From: Octopus sinensis
Taxonomy: Eukaryota
Direction of reading: 5' to 3'
Length of the DNA: 64,000 nucleotides
Assembly: GCF_006345805.1 (NCBI RefSeq)
Contig: NC_043000.1
Coordinates: 39,866,001-39,930,000, forward strand
A program made the translations under genes and the position numbers. The notes beneath the pieces are model-generated. The model did not search any database. It worked only from the letters and a program-made list of their open reading frames with translations, and had not been told where the DNA came from. This document shows positions 43,952-57,472 of this stretch, one piece after another. Each line of letters starts with the position of its first letter. Position 1 is the first letter of the stretch.

Positions 43952-46900
43952 ATATACATGCATATACATATATACGCATACATATACATGCATATACATA
44001 TATACGCATACATATATACACATATACATATATATACATATACATATATATACATATACATACATATACATACATATATATACATATATATATATGAAAA
44101 AACAAGTCAAAAATAGAAAATGCTAAGATAATTTTATAGTGAATCTTTCAGTACCGGTTTCGGTCATTTTGAGACCTTTTCAACTGTAACGATTAAATAA
44201 TTAAATTTAGAAAAATTAGAAGAAAAGTTTTTTTTAAAAGAATATTTCTGTAGTAGTGTTCAGATATAAGTAGCATTCTGCCTTTCTCTGACTCCCTTGT
44301 TTGCACTTGTGTGTTCGAGGTCGTTTTGAGTTCTTGGTAGGATAGGTGAAGAATAAGGAGGCTGATGTGGAGAGGGGGTGGGGAAATCTGGGAATGCCTT
44401 AATGGTCGTATTTTGAATGGTCAGTGGCTGACAGTAGTCGCAGTTCAATTCAGGAATTGTTTATGGAATTTGCGTAGGCGTTATACTGAAAGACATTAGT
44501 GACAAGGTTAAGGGGTGGAAGGTGGAGAAGTAGAAGAAGAAGAAGATGACGATGTTGATGATGATGATGATGAAGAAGAAGGAGAAGATGGTGGTGATGA
44601 TGGTGGTGATGATGATGACGACGATGATGATGATAATGATGATGATGAAGAAGAAGAGGAAGAAGAAGAAGAAAAAAACAGAGAAGGGAGAATATGAATG
44701 GGGGAAAGTATAGCTGTGATGGGGCTGATTAGTAATGGATTCTATGGAGTGTAATATTTGTGTGTGTATATATTTCTTTTATTCTAAAGTTGAGGTATAT
44801 TAATTGTTTGTTGTAGACCCGTTAAGAAGTGGCTTGTATTTTGTAATAAAGAGATTTTCTTTACTTATTCGTTGTCTCGAGGTTGTATCGTCCCTAAATT
44901 GGTAGAGGGGGAAAATCCTGAAGTTTGGTGTTTTTTTGTTGGCGCAAGTATCTATGTGTTGGCTAAAAGCTATTTTTCTGTTTTGAGGAATTTTTATCTG
45001 GGATCTGTGCAGGGCCATTCGTTTACGCAAACCATTTTTTGTTTGGCCTATGTACTGCTCTTGACACCCGGAGCAGGTTAGTGAGTATATTAGGTTCTCC
45101 GAAGCACATGTGAAGTTGCTTTTCACTGTAAACCGTTGTCCCTGTTTGAAGGAGAACTCTGATCCCTCAATTAGATAGTCGCATATCCCGCAATTGGGTC
45201 TTCCACATTTTTTTACTGTCGGCTTCTGTGTTGAAGAGTGAATTCGGGCTTGTGTTAGGAGACTTTTCATGGATCTAGGCTGTCTTTTGCTTTTTATGAT
45301 CGTGTGTGTTTGGAGGATTGTGTTCATTCTGTGGTCTTTTTTTAGGAGGGGTATGTTGTGGAGGATGGTGTCGAAGGCTTCGTTATTGAGAGGGTTGTGT
45401 GTGGAGATGTATGGTAAGGCTTTTGGTTGTAAGTTTTTCTTTGATTTGGGATGTCTCAGTTCCTTGATGTTAAGTTGAAGGGCACGTTGAATGCACTTGT
45501 CAATAAGTGAAGGTGGATAGTTCCTGGTGATAAGGGTATCTTTTAGTTCTTGTAGTCGTGTGTCTCTGGTGTTTGCGTTAGAGACTATAGTGCATATCCT
45601 TTTTGCTAGATTGAAGGGGATATTCATCCTGGTGTGTCTGGGGTGGCATGAATTGAATGGAAGATATTGCTTAGAGTCTGTAGGCTTATAGTATATGTCT
45701 GTTTCTATTATATTATTAGCTTTCTTAATGAGGATATCGAGGAAGGGGAGTTGTTGCTGGCTATATTCCATCGTGAATTGGATGTTTACGTCCAGTCCGT
45801 TTAAAATTTCCTGGAATTCTATGAGTTTTTCTATATTTTTATGCCAAAGGATGAAACAGTCATCTAGATATCTCTTCCAGTTGTTTTCTATGTAGATGGA
45901 GAAAGGGCTGCCATATCTTTCTAGAACCTTACGATACAGACTGATCTCTAGGTATCCTATGACTAGGTTGGCAAAGGAGGGAGCCATTCGTGTACCCATC
46001 GCAGTCCCCGATTTTTGTCGGTAGAAGTTGTCATTGAAGGCGAAGAAGTTATTTTCCAGGATGAATTTAACCCCTTCTATCACAAATTCTTTTTTGATGC
46101 GGTGTGGTAGTTCGTTGGCGTGATTCTCTAGCCAGAATTGGATTGCCTCTAGTCCTAGGTTGTGGGGGATATTGGAGTAGAGGTTGACTACATCGAAGGA
46201 TACCAGTATGGTGTTTTTGTTTATAGTATTCGGTAGGTGATTGAGCATATCTAAGTCGTCCCTTATATAGCTTTTGACATGTTTGAGGAGTGGTTTTAAC
46301 AGGGTGTCTAAAAAGTTATATATATATATATATATACATATATATATACACATATATATATATATACATATACACATATATACATCATCATCATCATCAT
46401 TTAGCGTCCGCTTTCCATGCTAGCATGGGTTGGACAGTTCAACTGGGGTCTGTGAAGCCAGAAGGCTGCATCAGGCCCAGTCTGATCTGGCAGTGTTTCT
46501 ACGGCTGGATGCCCTTCCTAACGCCAACCACTCCGTGAGTGTAGTGGGTGCTTTTTACGTTTCACCTGCACAGGTGCCAGACGGAGCTGGCAAACAGCCA
46601 CGATCGGATGGTGCTTTTTACGTGTCACCGGCACGGGGGCCAGGCGAGGTTGGCAATGGCCACGAATGGATGGTGCTTTTTATGTGCCACTGGCACGGAG
46701 GCCAGTTGGGGCCGGATGGTTCGCTTACTTGTCACCTGCACTGGTATCACAGCTGCAATTTCCATTGATGTTGATCGACTTCGATTTTAGTTCTGATTTC
46801 TGATTTGATTTGATTTTGATTTTGATTTCGATTTCCACTTGCCTCAACGGGTCTTCACAAGTGGAGTTTTGTGTCCCAAGAAGGAAAAGCATGCATAAGT

Positions 46901-49900
46901 CGACTGGCTACATCCCCGGTAGAGGCCACGGGTAATGGTCTCACTAGTCCTGCCGAGTCTTCTCACGCACAGCATACTTTCATAGGTCTCGGTCTCTAGT
47001 CATCTCCTCAGTGAGACCTAAAGTTCGAAGGTCGTGCTTCACCACCTCGTCCCAGGTTTTCCTGGGTCTGCCTCCTCCACAGGTTCCCTCAACCGCTAGG
47101 ATGTGGCACTTTTTCACACAACTATCTTCATCCATTCTCGCCACATGACCATACCAGCGCAAACGTCTCTCTTGCACACCACATCTGATGCTTCTTAGGT
47201 CCAGCTTTTCTCTCAAGGTACTTACACTCTGTCGAGTATGAACACTGGCATTACACATCCATCGGAGCATACTGGCTTCATTTCTTGCGAGCTTACGCAT
47301 ATCCTCAGCCGTCATGGCCCATGTTTCACTGCCATGTAGCATAGCTGTCCATACACACGCGTCATACAGTCTGCCTTTTACTCTGAGCGAGAGGCCTTTT
47401 GTCACCAGCAGAGGCAAGAGCTCTCTGAACTTTGCCCAAGCTATTCTTACTCTAGCATTTACACTTTCAGCACACCCACCCCCGCTACTGACTTGGTCAC
47501 CTAGGTAATGGAAACTATCAACTATTTCTAGTTTTTCTCCCTGGAAAGTGGCAGAAGTTGGTCTCAGAGCATTTTCAGTGATTATTGCTCTTGAGCATCT
47601 GCCACATACAAAAACTATCTTCCTAGTTAGCCTCCCTTTGACATTGCTGCACCTCTTATGTGTCCATAGCTTACACTTGGTGCATCTTATAGAGTTTCTA
47701 CCTACACCTTTTCTACAGATTAAGCAGGGCCATCTACCTGAAGGCATCTGTGATTTGTCTACCTTCCTACTTATTAGGACTTTGGTTTTAGCTAGATTGA
47801 CTCTAAGGCCCTTCAATTCTAATCCTTGCTTCCACACCTGAAACTTCTCCTCCAGTTCTGATAGAGACTCAGCAATTAGAGCAAGGTCATCAGCATAGAG
47901 GAGCTCCCAGGGGCATCCTGTCTTGAATTCCTCCATTATTGCCTGGAGGACTATGGTAAATAGGAGGGGGCTGAGGACTGAGCCTTGGTGGACCCCTACC
48001 TCTACCCGGAATTCTTCACTGTACTCGTTGCCAACCCTCACCTTACTAGCAGCATCCCTGTACATGGCTCGCACAGCTCTCACTAACCATTCATCTATCC
48101 CTAGTTTCCTCATTGACCACCAGATAAGGGATCAAGGGACCCTGTCGAAGGCTTTCTCCATGTCAACAAAAGCCAGGTACAGGGGCTTATCTTTGGCTAG
48201 GTATTTCTCCTGCAGCTGCCTTACCAGGAATATAGCATCAGTGGTACTTTTCCCTGGCACGAACCCAAACTGCATCTCATCTAAACTAACTTTCTCTCTA
48301 ATTAGTTGGGCTATGACCCTCTCCATAACCTTCATTACCTGATCCAACAGCTTGATACCTCTGTAATTATTTGTATCTAGGGCATCACCTTTACCTTTGT
48401 AGCAGTTGACTATTATGCTGCTACACCAGTCATTGGGTATGACTCCTTCGTGTATCACCTGATTAACTATACGAGTGACTAGGCTATAGCCGACACTACC
48501 AGATATTTTGAGCATCTCTGCAGTAATTCCTGATGGGCCTGGGACTTTCCCTGTCTTCATGCTTCTAATTGCCTTAACTACCAAGGAACTGTCAACTCGG
48601 ATAGCTGGTCCCTCTGTTGGGTCTACATTTGGCAGACTCCCTTTATCCCATTCATTTTCTTTATTCAGCAACCTTTCATAGTGGCGTCTCCAGACCTCTC
48701 TCTTTGCATCCTCATTTAGCGTAAGTGAACCATCTTCCATGCGAACACACTTCTCTCCTACCACATCACAATTCTCTCTCACACACTGTCTTGCAACACG
48801 AAACACCTCCAGTATTTGGTCCTCACGGCGCAGAACATTGGCAAATTTTTTCTTATCTGCTTCCCCTCTGGCTAGATAGACCTGTCTCTTAGCTTCCCTT
48901 TTGGCAGCCTGATACAATTCCCTGCTACCACCATACTTGCAGTCCTTCCAAGCCTGTCTCTTTTCTCTAATAGCCCTGTCTACAACATTGTTCCACCACC
49001 ACGTTACCTTGGGATGAGAGGGGACTTTGCACCAGCCGCAGATCTGGTCAGTGGCTCTCAGCAGGTTGTCCCTTAGAAACGTCCAGTAGCCTTCTACCCC
49101 ATGAGATACTCTATCCCCTTCTACTCCGTCAAAAGCTTCAAGTAACATGTCCCTAAATCTCTGTCCATTCGCAGGATCTTTAAGCTTCCAGATCCTTCTT
49201 CTCCATGTTGGTCATCTTCTGGTTGTCCTCTTAGTCCTGATCCTAAAGTCACTAACTACCAGTCTATGTTGCGGGGTACATTCCTTGCATGGGAAGGTTT
49301 TGGCATTTATAAGCATCCAGCTCTCCCTTTGCCTGGCAAGGATATAGTCAATTTGGCTGGTATGTTGGCCCGATCGGTAGGTGACTAGGTGGCTGGTAGG
49401 TTTCCTGAAGTTAGTGTTGCAAACCATAAGATTATTTGCATCGCAGAACTCCAGCAGCCTGGTTCCCTCCTCATTGCGGGAACCATAGCCATAGCCTCCA
49501 TGTACACCATCGAAGCCCCCAGCATGTCGTCCAACGTGACCATTGAAGTCACCAGCCACAAAGAGAAGGTCTCTGTCGTTCGTCAACGAGGTAGTCTGCA
49601 GCAGAGTGTCATAGAATCGGTCTTTCTGTCCATCGGGTAGCCCCAGCTGAGGAGCATAGGCCGATATAATGATATAATGGTTGCTAATCCATGATGAAGC
49701 ACTAATCTAATCTTAAGTATTCTGTCACATACTCTGATTACCTCTATTACCTTATCTACCCATATTACCTTACATATATATATATATATATATACACACA
49801 CACGCATATATATATAGATATACACATATATATATTTTACACATACACATATAGCCCTATACTACAGGCCTCCAGGCATGGTTTTTTCCTACCTTGTTGA

Positions 49901-50779
49901 AAGTGCGTTTTGCATGTGTAACATTCTGCCTGAGGTTTGGAAGTGCAAAGCAACATTTTGTCCCATCTCACCATAGCAGCAGATACCTTTAACATGAAAT
50001 TTTCAAATATATATGTGTGTGTGTGTGTGTAAATATATACATATAACACATACATACAATGTATATCCTTGTAATAATATCTTTACAATTATTTTGCCCT
50101 TAAATATGCCGAAAATTATGAACCAGAAAAAATACTTACCCTCAACATTGGTGTAGATACGATCAGTTTCAGTAATTCTATTTTTTGTTTTCCAATAATA
50201 TAAACCAACTGGTTGCCCCGGTGAGATAAACTTGCACTTTATTACTAGAGTTTCACCAGCGTTTTTGGTTATTGTATCTTCAACTTTCTCGTTAATGTTG
50301 AATTTTGTTGTTTCTGTAAAGAAAATGAAAAGGCAAGCTGAAGTATTTCTGAAAACATTTCTTGCAATAAAGATAAATAAATCATGAGTAAACTTGATCC
50401 TTTATTAATTAGCCAAGAATTAATCATTAAAAATGTAAATAATTAATGATTTCTAACATAAGCTTAAGACTAGAAATTTTAGGAAAGGAGTTTGATTAAA
50501 ATTGCACACTGCCTCCTAATATCTGATTGGTTCTTTATTTTATCCAATCTGGATGTCACCCTCAGCAGACAGGAACTGATCTTAAAAAGTGAGACATAAC
50601 AAGATATATACTGTGTAACAAATAAAACTTACTTTTATATTTCACTCACTAAAATCATATTACATATAGGAGATTGAAGATGAGTGAAATGAAGATCACA
50701 TGGTTAGGAAACAAAACTTCTAAGAACTCCATAGACATATCTACTTTTAATGAAATACTCAAATCTACTCTGTTAGAAT

Positions 50780-50830
<51 letters not shown>

Positions 50831-50831
50831 T

Positions 50832-50896
<65 letters not shown>

Positions 50897-53800
50897 GTTG
50901 GCTCTAAATACAGTTCATCAAATGACCTTCTGTACAGTCTTTCATCAATTCATTCTCAGCCATAAATCTGGTCTTAATCAAAGATTATGGTAGAAGACAC
51001 TTGCCTGATGGAGCCATGTGAATTAATATATCTTGCTCAAGAACATTACACAGCTGTGTCTGGGAATCGAACTCACTACCTCATGATTGAAAGCATGATG
51101 CTCTAACCACTGTGCCATGTACCTTTACCCTTTAACCATGTGGGGTACTGATTAAAAAATACAAGAAAGAAAAGAAAGCAGTATAAAAGAAAAAATTCAA
51201 AAGAAGTACGTACTACTCTGGAGAATATGTATTTTCTTCGATAAAGCAGTACCATAGATGTTCTCAGCAACACATCGGTAGCGTTCATCAGGATTGATAT
51301 TTTTAAGAGCCAGACGAGTGCCATTTAATACTCGATCTCCACTCTTTGAATCAATTTTACCTTTATATACACCATTTGAGTACCATTTCCAGTATATTCT
51401 GAAAAAAAAAATAAATAAATAAAATACATACATTAGGTGCAGGTGTGGCTGTGTGGTAAGTAGCTTGCTTACCAACCACGTGGTTCTGGGTTCAGTCCCA
51501 CTGTGTGGCACATTGGGCAAGTGTCTTCTACTATAACCTCAGTCTGACCAAAAACCTGTGAGTGGATCTGGTAGATTGAAACTGAAAGAAGCCCATTGAA
51601 TATATGTGTATGTGTCCATTGCTTGACAACCGATGTTGGTGTGTTTACATCACCGTAACTTAGTGGTTCGGCAAAAGAGACCAATAGAATAAGTACTAGG
51701 CTTACAAAAAATAAGTCCCGGTGTTGATTTGTTCAACTGAAGATGGTGCTCCATCTTCAGAAGAATAAAAGAATATACATATATTATATACACACACACA
51801 TATATCATCATTATTCTCTTATATGTTTCAGTCCAATGACTGTGGCCATGCTGGAGCACACTATTAACATGCATCCTAATATTATCTTCATTTCTGTCAT
51901 TATTATCATTATTATTAAAAGGGCAGTGAACTGGTAGAATTGTTAGCATGTTAGACAAAATGCTCTACAGCACTTCTTCCAGCTTTACATTCCAAGTTCA
52001 AATTCCACCAAGGTTGATTTTTCCCTTTCATCCTTTTGGGGTTGATAAAATATGTACCAGTCAAGCACTTGGATTGATGTAATCGAGCAGACCCTTCTCC
52101 CAAAATTTCAGGCTTCATGCCTACAGTAGAAATGATTATTTATTTTTTTTCATTCCATATATATATATATATATATATATATCTCAAATAAAATTAGTGT
52201 ACATTTATACACAAATATGTGTGTGTATGTTGATTAATTTTTTTTTTTTTTTGCTTCAATCATTAAACTGTGGTCATGCTGGGGCACCAGCCTGAATAAC
52301 TTTTAGTTGAATAAATTAACCCCAGCATTTATTATTTTTTTTAACCTGGTACTTATTCTATTGGTCTCTTTTACCAAACCATTAGACTATGGTGACATAA
52401 ACACACCAACACTGATTGTCAAGCACAGACACACACACACACACACCTTATAGGCTTCTTTCAGCTTCTGTCTAGAAAATCCACTCACAAAGCTTTGAAC
52501 AGCCTGAGGTTATAGTAGAAGACACTTGTCCAAGGCCCCTCACAGTGGGATTGAGCCCAGAACCATGTAGTTGAGAAGCAAGCTTCTTACCACACAGCTA
52601 CGCATACTAAAGTTTTCTATTTGTTTTTTTTTTTTATTACTCCATGGTTACTGGAGAAGTGAGAGGAACAAAAACTTAGGATATTCATTTCTTTATTTTA
52701 TTATTATTCTCATTTTTTACTTACTTCAGCTTTATGTTTTTAATTCTATATGATTATCATTCTTTGAAACAGTATTACTACTACTGTTTTATCATGCTGC
52801 TTGTCTCCAACCCTCACCTATTTCCAAGCATGGACAGACAAATTTCTCCTTTTTACAGAAGACTGAAAATGAGCAACATTGCTTGTGGGTGTATGTGTGT
52901 GTGATCATCATTATTATTTAATGTCCAAGGTGGCAAGCCCGCAGAATTGTTAGCATGCCAGGCGAGATGTTTAGCAGTATTCGTCTGACGTTATGTTCTG
53001 AGTTCAAAGTCTGCCAAGGTTGATTTTGCCTTTCATCCTTTTGGGGGTCAACAAAAAAGTACCACTGGGGTCGATGTAATCAACTCATCCCCCTTCCCTA
53101 AATTTCAGGCCTTGTGCCTATAGCAGGAAAGATTATCATTTAATGTCTGCTTTCCGTGCTTGGCACAGGTTAGACAGTTTGACAGAAGCTGACCAGTTGA
53201 AGGGCTAGTTAAGCTCTATGCTTGTTTTGACATGGTTTCTAGGGCTGGACCCATACCAAAAGAGACATGGAGCCTGAACAGCCCTTCAGCTGGTCAGCTT
53301 CTGTCAAACTGTCTAACCTGTGCCAGCATGGAAAATGATGTATGATGATGATGGTGATAGTCTTTTAGTTTGTCTATGTGAAATATATGTGAGTGCACAC
53401 ATAAAAAGCTCCTATGCTCTTTATTCTGGCTCCTACTTATTATTCCCATTTTCCAGGATGGTTATTAGTCTGGTGATGCTATAGCACCGAATGAGTATAG
53501 TAATAAGAACTTTTGGATGGAAATTAATAAATCCTTTAATGCATTGCTGTGTATGTTTCCACACCTCATGTTTTAGTTGCATATTCCCCATCTAAAGGAT
53601 GTTACAAATAGGATTTGCAATATCCATGGATTCTAAAGGGAAATATTAATACGTGTTCATTTCTTCATGCAAAAATTACCTTAGTATTCTGGCTTTATCG
53701 AATGTTTAGCTAAGGGATATTTACCAATTTACACCAACCAGAAGGTTCTGTGGGTTTTATGAGCAGTGCTGTGAATATTTTGACTTATACAGATAGATGT

Positions 53801-56700
53801 ATAGAAACAATATGAAAGGGTGGAATATAGGTAGTGTTTTACTTTTTATTTAGATTTTTGTAAGTGGGCATTTGTGGATAGGAAGAAGAGAGAGAAAAGA
53901 AATCAATTATATAAGAGAAGAAAAAGAAAATGGTAATGAATCTCTGTTTTGATTTCAGTGTATATGTGCTGTGATTGGGGTGCATTGAGCACTTGATTTA
54001 ACCCCGATCCCAGCAGAGTGCTACATTAATGATTTTTACAGGCTGTAAGGAGAAGGAAATAAATTTTTGTTTCAGTGTTATCAGTTTATGATTCCTGCTC
54101 AGGTGCCAGTCAAGATGGAGAATGGCATTAGATTAGTATTAAGCATTTTACATAGTCCCCTGCTGTTCTGTCAATGTTGCTTAAATGGGTATGCCATTTG
54201 TTATGGATGCCACATAACGTTCATTGATGGTTTTTAGTTTTCTATATAGCCAGCATATTCATCTAGTTTTATCTTCCTTGCAAGTTCAATTACGTAATAA
54301 TAAAAAAAACTTATACTATTGTAAACGTGGTTTGTGATGGGATCCTTGATATTTATGCTCTGTAATAAATATCCTTGTAATAAATCCGTTGCTGTATATA
54401 AGGTCCCTTTTGTTTACTTCATTTGGGTGGTGCTTCTATTGTTTGGTTTGATGTGAAAGATGGTTGGTGTCTGTCTTTGTTCTACTCCCAGGAAGCTTAA
54501 TTTCAAATATTTTTCTTGTATTTTATTTTAGAGTGGTTCAGTTCCATGTTAGGTTCTTAGTTCACAAAAATCTCTGAATAACTAAGACCTTAACAGAGAA
54601 CTGAACCACCCTATAATTAAATATATTACAAGAACTATACGTACAATTAAGCGTATTAAGAATCTATCTACTACAATACACAAAAAAGCCTGCCAATACA
54701 GTAAAATAAAGTTTGACCTAATTAGATAGAATCCTGACTTAGACCAGTAACTGGTGTGAAGCTGAGGTCAACCACAGAATTTTATAACCAGATCAGATTT
54801 CAGACTCAAACTAACCTCAACCTCACTTCGTCCTGAATCGTAACCAATAAACAAATAATTGAGTTCAGATTGCAGATATTTTCGATTTGAACGGTAGTTT
54901 TTTCTAGTGGTGTCATATGAAATTGTCACCCATAATTATGACCCTAGTATCAATCTATTGCATTTCAATCTGTTTTAGGGCTAGGGTTAGAGTTAGGGTT
55001 AGGGGTGGGGGAAGGGTATCTTTTTTTCTTCAGAAATGTAAATAAATCCAATCTGTTTCTTAAACGAGGGACACATTCATACAGCACAGAATGTTTTCAC
55101 CTCAGTAGACGTCATTGATTGGTTGAAATTGCATAAATTGAAGAAAAAAAACAACAAATATCTTACAAACTATAGAATTTTCTCAATAAGGCCAAGAGAA
55201 AAAGATGTTTTTTAAACACATTCTACCAGTATATGAAGTTTAAAAGTGTTTAGCTACGTGGAAATTATTTAGAAAAACTGGCGGTCAAACCGAAAAGATC
55301 CCAGTTTTTTGCTTTAATACAAGCTGGTTGAAAGACCCTGAATGAAGCTACAGAGAAAATTATACTTGATTGCATATGTAACTGCCCATACTCTGTGCAA
55401 CCGCAACACACGTAGGTCGTCATAACCATCAAAATATGCTGTATGACATACCGTAAAATAAAAGGAAATAAATTTTGAGGATGTACCAGTTCCCATATTC
55501 CCTATCGTTATAATTATTGCAAACATACATCGAGTGAAGCGCTACCTGCTTCAGGCATGAGACTCCTCACTCGCCACTGCAGTCGAGAAAATTCTCAGCA
55601 GACTGGAAACAGCCTAAAATAGCGGAGTTTCCCCATAACCTACTCAAGTCTATAAAATTTGCCATCGGAACTGATCTAAGGGAGATAACTCAGCCAAGCC
55701 TCAAATGGTGTTTTAGTCTTTGTTTATTTATAAACTAATCGTAACAGTTTTCTGTTTCCACTTTGAAGAGGGGCATACATTCGTCTATGCAGCCTAGCGC
55801 TTTATGGATGCAAAACCATTGATCACTATGACCAGACATATATTTAACTGCTTGTAAATGTGTGTGTGTGTGAAGATTTGAAAGAAATGAAGCCAATATG
55901 TTTCACTGGATGAGTTATATTAGTGTGCACATTCGACAGAATGTAAGTGATTTGATAGAAAAACTAGGAACACGTAGCATCAGATGTAGAGTGCTGAAAA
56001 GAAGACTGCGCTGGTATGGTCATGTAATGCATACGAATGAAGACAGTTGCATAAAGAGGTACCACCGAGCTCTAACTGTGGAGGGAATGTGTGGAAAGGT
56101 TAGACTCAAGAAGTCGCAGAGCGAAGTGGTGAGAAAGGATCATCAGTTGTTGGGACTCACAAAGACTGCTAGCAGTTTGTTGTGCTTGAAAAGAAACATC
56201 AAGCTAAGTAAAAGCGTGGTTGTTCTTGCAGACAGGCTCATCCTCTGCAACTCCCTTCAGCTAAGCATCCCTAATTTTGCTGGGTCATAGGTGCTGGTTC
56301 CACATAAAAAAAAAAACCCGTGCTGGTGCTGTGTAAAAGTACCCAGTACACTCTGTAAAATGGTTGGCGTTAGGAAAGGCTTGCAGCCATTGAAACCATG
56401 CCAAAACAGAAAGACAGCTCTTCAGCTTTTGTCAATCTGTCCAACCTATGCTAGCATGGAAAGTGGACATTAAATGGAAAAAAAAAACCCAAAAAACAGG
56501 GCATCAGAAGGGTGATGCATACCCTGCGTGCAGATAAATTTTCTTTGCAAATTATAGTATGCATTGCTAACCCATGTTTTTTAATTGAATTGAATTTTTT
56601 TTTTTTAAGTATCATCATTATAGGTATTTATACTCTGGTAAAATAAAGAAATCAAGTCATAAATAAATGAACATCTCAAATCCATCACTATACACACCTA

Positions 56701-56743
<43 letters not shown>

Positions 56744-57436
56744 CATGGAAAAATGTGAGCATGAAAAGTAATATTCTTAAGATTATAAACCTGGAAAAAG
56801 TACATCAAATTGAATAGATCCAAAAAAGATAAAAGGTAAAGTCGACCTTGGTGGAATTTGAACTCAGAACGTAAAGACAGGCAAATACCGCTAAGCATTT
56901 TGCCCAGCATGCTAACATTTCTGCCAGCTCGCTGCCTCAGAATTCAAACATTCATTTTAGAAATATATTCTTATTGCTTGGGGCATTACTCTCTTACTTA
57001 TTTCCTCCTTATTTATTTTTCATTTCATGACATTTTACCTCCTAACTCATTTTCTACTAATTTTTTTTGTTCAATGCGACTAACAATTCTGAATTCCTCA
57101 TGCATTTTCCTATCATTTAAGCCTAAGAAAAGTATACTTTTATTGTAAAATTTTAAAATTTATGTTAATAGAAGATGAATACCTGCCTTACTGCCCATCT
57201 AGAAGTCTAATATATTTTGATATGACTTTTTTTTCTACTGAACCAAATTCCAAACTATTTATGCCAAAGTGTAGCTGAGGAGGTGTCCTCTTTAAAACTG
57301 TTAACAGTTTGCAATTTAGTTGAGAACTGAACTAGTGGTGAAACTTGGGAGCTGCTGCAATTGACAAAATGGTGGACTTAAAGAATATATTCAACCACTA
57401 CCGTGGTTGAATAATATATATATATATGTATGTATG

Positions 57437-57472
<36 letters not shown>

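Larger units (their letters stand above)
44096..46317 (-). mobile_element. 5'-truncated Penelope-like retroelement (Neptune-like): RT + Cys linker + GIY-YIG, plus pLTR-like tail
   Basis: Open 505-aa frame 46317 to 44800: [68 protein letters not shown]. The ORF-track start lies in the flanking microsatellite. Confidence 0.92.

Noticed and set aside
29743-44126. Dozens of long ORFs (up to 564 aa) made of Y/I/H/T or M/Y/V/C/I
   Set aside because: Translations of (TA)n/(TACA)n arrays, which rarely contain stop codons in some frames; no domain content.
44515-44697. Acidic 60-aa ORF (poly D/E)
   Set aside because: GAT/GAA trinucleotide tract in the PLE tail, antisense to the element.
46980-49212. 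In-frame TGAs in the RTE as selenocysteine or programmed readthrough
   Set aside because: They fall at expected Arg and Trp positions, not Cys; simple point mutations explain them.
54060-54500. Possible decayed PLE linker/GIY-YIG remnant
   Set aside because: Only vague similarity, no intact motif.
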